A stretch of DNA of 64,000 nt. Origin: Anolis carolinensis (taxonomy: Eukaryota). Position 1 is the first letter of the stretch. Each line of letters begins with the position of its first letter. The stretch spans positions 319,619,402 through 319,683,401 of the forward strand of contig NC_085841.1 in the NCBI RefSeq assembly GCF_035594765.1, given 5' to 3'. The position numbers and the translations under genes are program-made. The notes under the pieces were generated by a model. It was given only the letters and a program-made list of their open reading frames with translations. It was not told the DNA's origin and made no database searches. Of this stretch, positions 61,522 through 64,000 are shown one piece after another.

Positions 61522-62918
61522 ATAAGTGAGGGAACAGTTGTATAATCCTTTTCCCTTCATTTCTTGCTCTCCATATATCTTGTATATTTAAATTCTTCAT
61601 CATAGTCGTCATTGATCTGGGTAGCTTTCCAATGTTGCTTGCTCTTTCTCTCTTTCATTTTAAATTATTACTTCTATCAATTTCTCTATCTAGCACTCAA
61701 TTGAAGTCTCCCAATATTATTAATTGTTTATGTTATTGATCATTCATATGTGTTCTTAATTTTTCTGCAAAATTTGTTTTTGAGTCATTTGGTGCATAGA
61801 TGTTACATAACAGAATTTTTTTATTTTGTATCGTAATGATGACCCCTACAAATCTACCTTCTCCATCTTTGAATGCTAATTTTGTGGGTATGTTTTTATT
61901 TATATATGTTACTACTCCTCTCTTCTCCAAAGCTGAAGCATAGAAAACTTGCCCTAATTATTTTCTTTCTAGATGTGCTACATGTTTTTGTGCTGTGTCT
62001 CTTGTAAAGCCAACACATGATATTTTTTTCTTAATTTATTCATTATTTTATTTCTTTTATTTGGAGAGTTAAAACCATTAATTTTATTTGAGTATATCCT
62101 TATTTCACTTAATATATGCCCTCTTCTTCTTGTTCTACTCCTACTTTCGTCTCTTCCTCTTCTTCCTCCTCTTCTTCCTCTAATTCTTCTTCCACTTTGT
62201 CCAAATTCATTTCTTCCATGGATCTATATCTTCTTTTTCTGGTGACTCTTCATTGTCTCTTCTTTTTTTCTCCTTTATGTTCTTCTTTTCTTTATCCATT
62301 TTAATTTTCCTATAAAATTCTCTTACACTTTCTTCATTGGTGATCTAGTATTTATGATCTATGTATGTTGTCATTAATCCTTCTCCCCTTTCCCATTTGA
62401 ATTGTATTTTTTGTTTCTTCGGTTCTTCCATAAGAAATTTGGATTCCCTTCTTCTGTCTAATATGGAACTTGGAAATACTTTCAGTATAGCTGTTTTTTT
62501 ATCTTGTAAAAGATCTATTTCCTGTTATTCATCTTTAATATCTCATCTCGAGTCATTTTTTTGTGAAGTGAACAATTACATCCCTCGCAGTTTTATTCTT
62601 TCTTGCAATGTTTGTGTTTATTCTGTAAATTCTGTCCATTTGGTCTTGAATCTCTTGCTCTGTACAGTTTAGCAATTCAGATAAGATCTCTGTTACTTTT
62701 TCTCTTATATTTTCCTTAATTTCTTCTTTAATATTCCTCAGTTTCAATTGATATTTCATTTCTCTTGCTTCCTAGCCTCTTGTTTTGCTTCCAATTTCTC
62801 ACTTTTCAAGTCTAGACTTTTCACTTCAATCTGTGTCTTTTCTTGTATTTTCTCTATCTCTTTCTTTTCACTTTTTAATTCTTTCATTTCTTGTTGTACT
62901 CTTAATATTTCTCTCTTC
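61522..62918 (-). mobile_element. L1-clade LINE 5' portion (ORF1 and ORF2 endonuclease), decayed
   Basis: ORF1-like MDRIYRIN..ARDVIVHF with coiled coil; endonuclease KRGVVTYI..KDGEGRFV..LCNIYAPN. Confidence 0.8.
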
Positions 62919-62964
<46 letters not shown>

Positions 62965-64000
62965 CTTTATTTTTATATCCCGCCCCATCTCCCCAAAGGG
63001 ACTCGGGGCGGCTTACATGGGGCCTTGCCCGATAAAACAATCAAATATCAAAACACAGCAATAAAACAGTTATCCAATAAAAACATCAATTACAGTAAAA
63101 ACAATCGTTAAAATCAACATAAAACATACAATATTAACACTGGAGACTAATTCATAGAACCCAGGCAACGTGCAACATGTGCCGAAATGGGTTGAAATGG
63201 GGAAGGTAATTTCACAGTTAAAATGGACAAAGTGCAATATAGCATTGGCAACACCTCAAGAATGGGGCAATTATAAAATGGGCAGATCGATCAGTCCAAC
63301 ACCAGATTAAGTATCAAAGGCCTTTTGAAAGAGCCAGGTTTTTAAGCTCCTACGGAAGGAGAGGAGGGTGGGGGCCTGCCTGATCTCTCTAGGAAGCGAG
63401 TTCCAAAGCCGGGGGGCCACGACGGAGAAGGCCCTCTCTCTCGTCCCCACCAACCGCGACTGCGAGGGTGGTGGGAGTGAGAGGAGGGCCTCCCCCGACG
63501 AGCGAAGAGAACGTGCGGGTTCGTAGGGGGAGATGCGGTCTCTAAGGTAGGTGGGTCCCAAAATGTTTAGGGCTTTGTAGGTGATAACCTGCACCTTGAA
63601 TTGGGCCCGGAAAGTAAACGGCAGCCAGTGGAGCTCCTTAAACAGAGGCATTGAACGTGCCCTGTAATTCGCTCCAGTTAGAAGCCTGGCTGCCGATCGC
63701 TGTACTAGTTGTAATTTCCGGGCCGTCTTCAAAGGCAGCCCCATGTAGAGCGCATTGCAATAGTCCAGTCTAGAGGTAACTAAGGCATGGACCACCATGG
63801 TCAGATCAGACTTCTCGAGGTATGGTCGCAGCTGGCGCACAAGTTTTAGTTGTGCAAAGGCCCTCCCGGCCACGGCCGACACCTGAGCCTCAAGCGTCAG
63901 CCCCGAATCCAGGAGGACCCCCAAGCTGTGGACCTGCGCCTTCAGGGGGAGTGTGACCCCGTCAAGCACAGGTTGCCACCCAATACCCCGATCGGCCACA
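62919..64000 (-). mobile_element. Young L2 LINE (runs off the window), inserted into L1 ORF1
   Basis: Open ORF2 C terminus at 63307-63999 (VHALVTSRLDYCNAL, LHWLP, RAFSVVAPRLWNSLP, LKTWLF), CpG-rich, with 3' UTR and (ATT)n tail. Confidence 0.95.

Noticed and set aside
1-64000. CRISPR arrays, operons or prokaryotic defence systems
   Set aside because: The sequence is clearly vertebrate; no repeat-spacer arrays or gene-dense regions.

Overview
Repeat-rich vertebrate genomic DNA from a squamate reptile, most consistent with Anolis or a close relative: it carries a Sauria SINE, an Anolis-type tRNA/L2-tail SINE, Vingi, L2, CR1, L1, Penelope, Gypsy, SPIN/hAT, Chapaev3, mariner/pogo and Harbinger-like elements. 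I see no intact, recognisable host protein-coding gene; it looks like a large intron or gene desert, with several homeobox-motif-rich blocks that may be enhancers. Highlights: (1) a 2.5-kb SPIN-type hAT element (20683-23229) carrying a fragment of ESYT1 that appears to span an exon-exon junction; (2) a TSD-flanked Gmr1-like Gypsy element (12135-15182) with an open protease+integrase ORF, RT/RNase H deleted in frame and only 14 bp of the 5' LTR left; (3) a phase-consistent spliced ORF (18276-18582 + 20118-20251) with a coiled-coil C terminus and decayed upstream exons; (4) minimal hammerhead ribozymes in Penelope ends; (5) a solo LTR whose U3 encodes a 137-aa acidic peptide with an FxGF motif. 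Family names come from my recall of consensus sequences, not from database searches.
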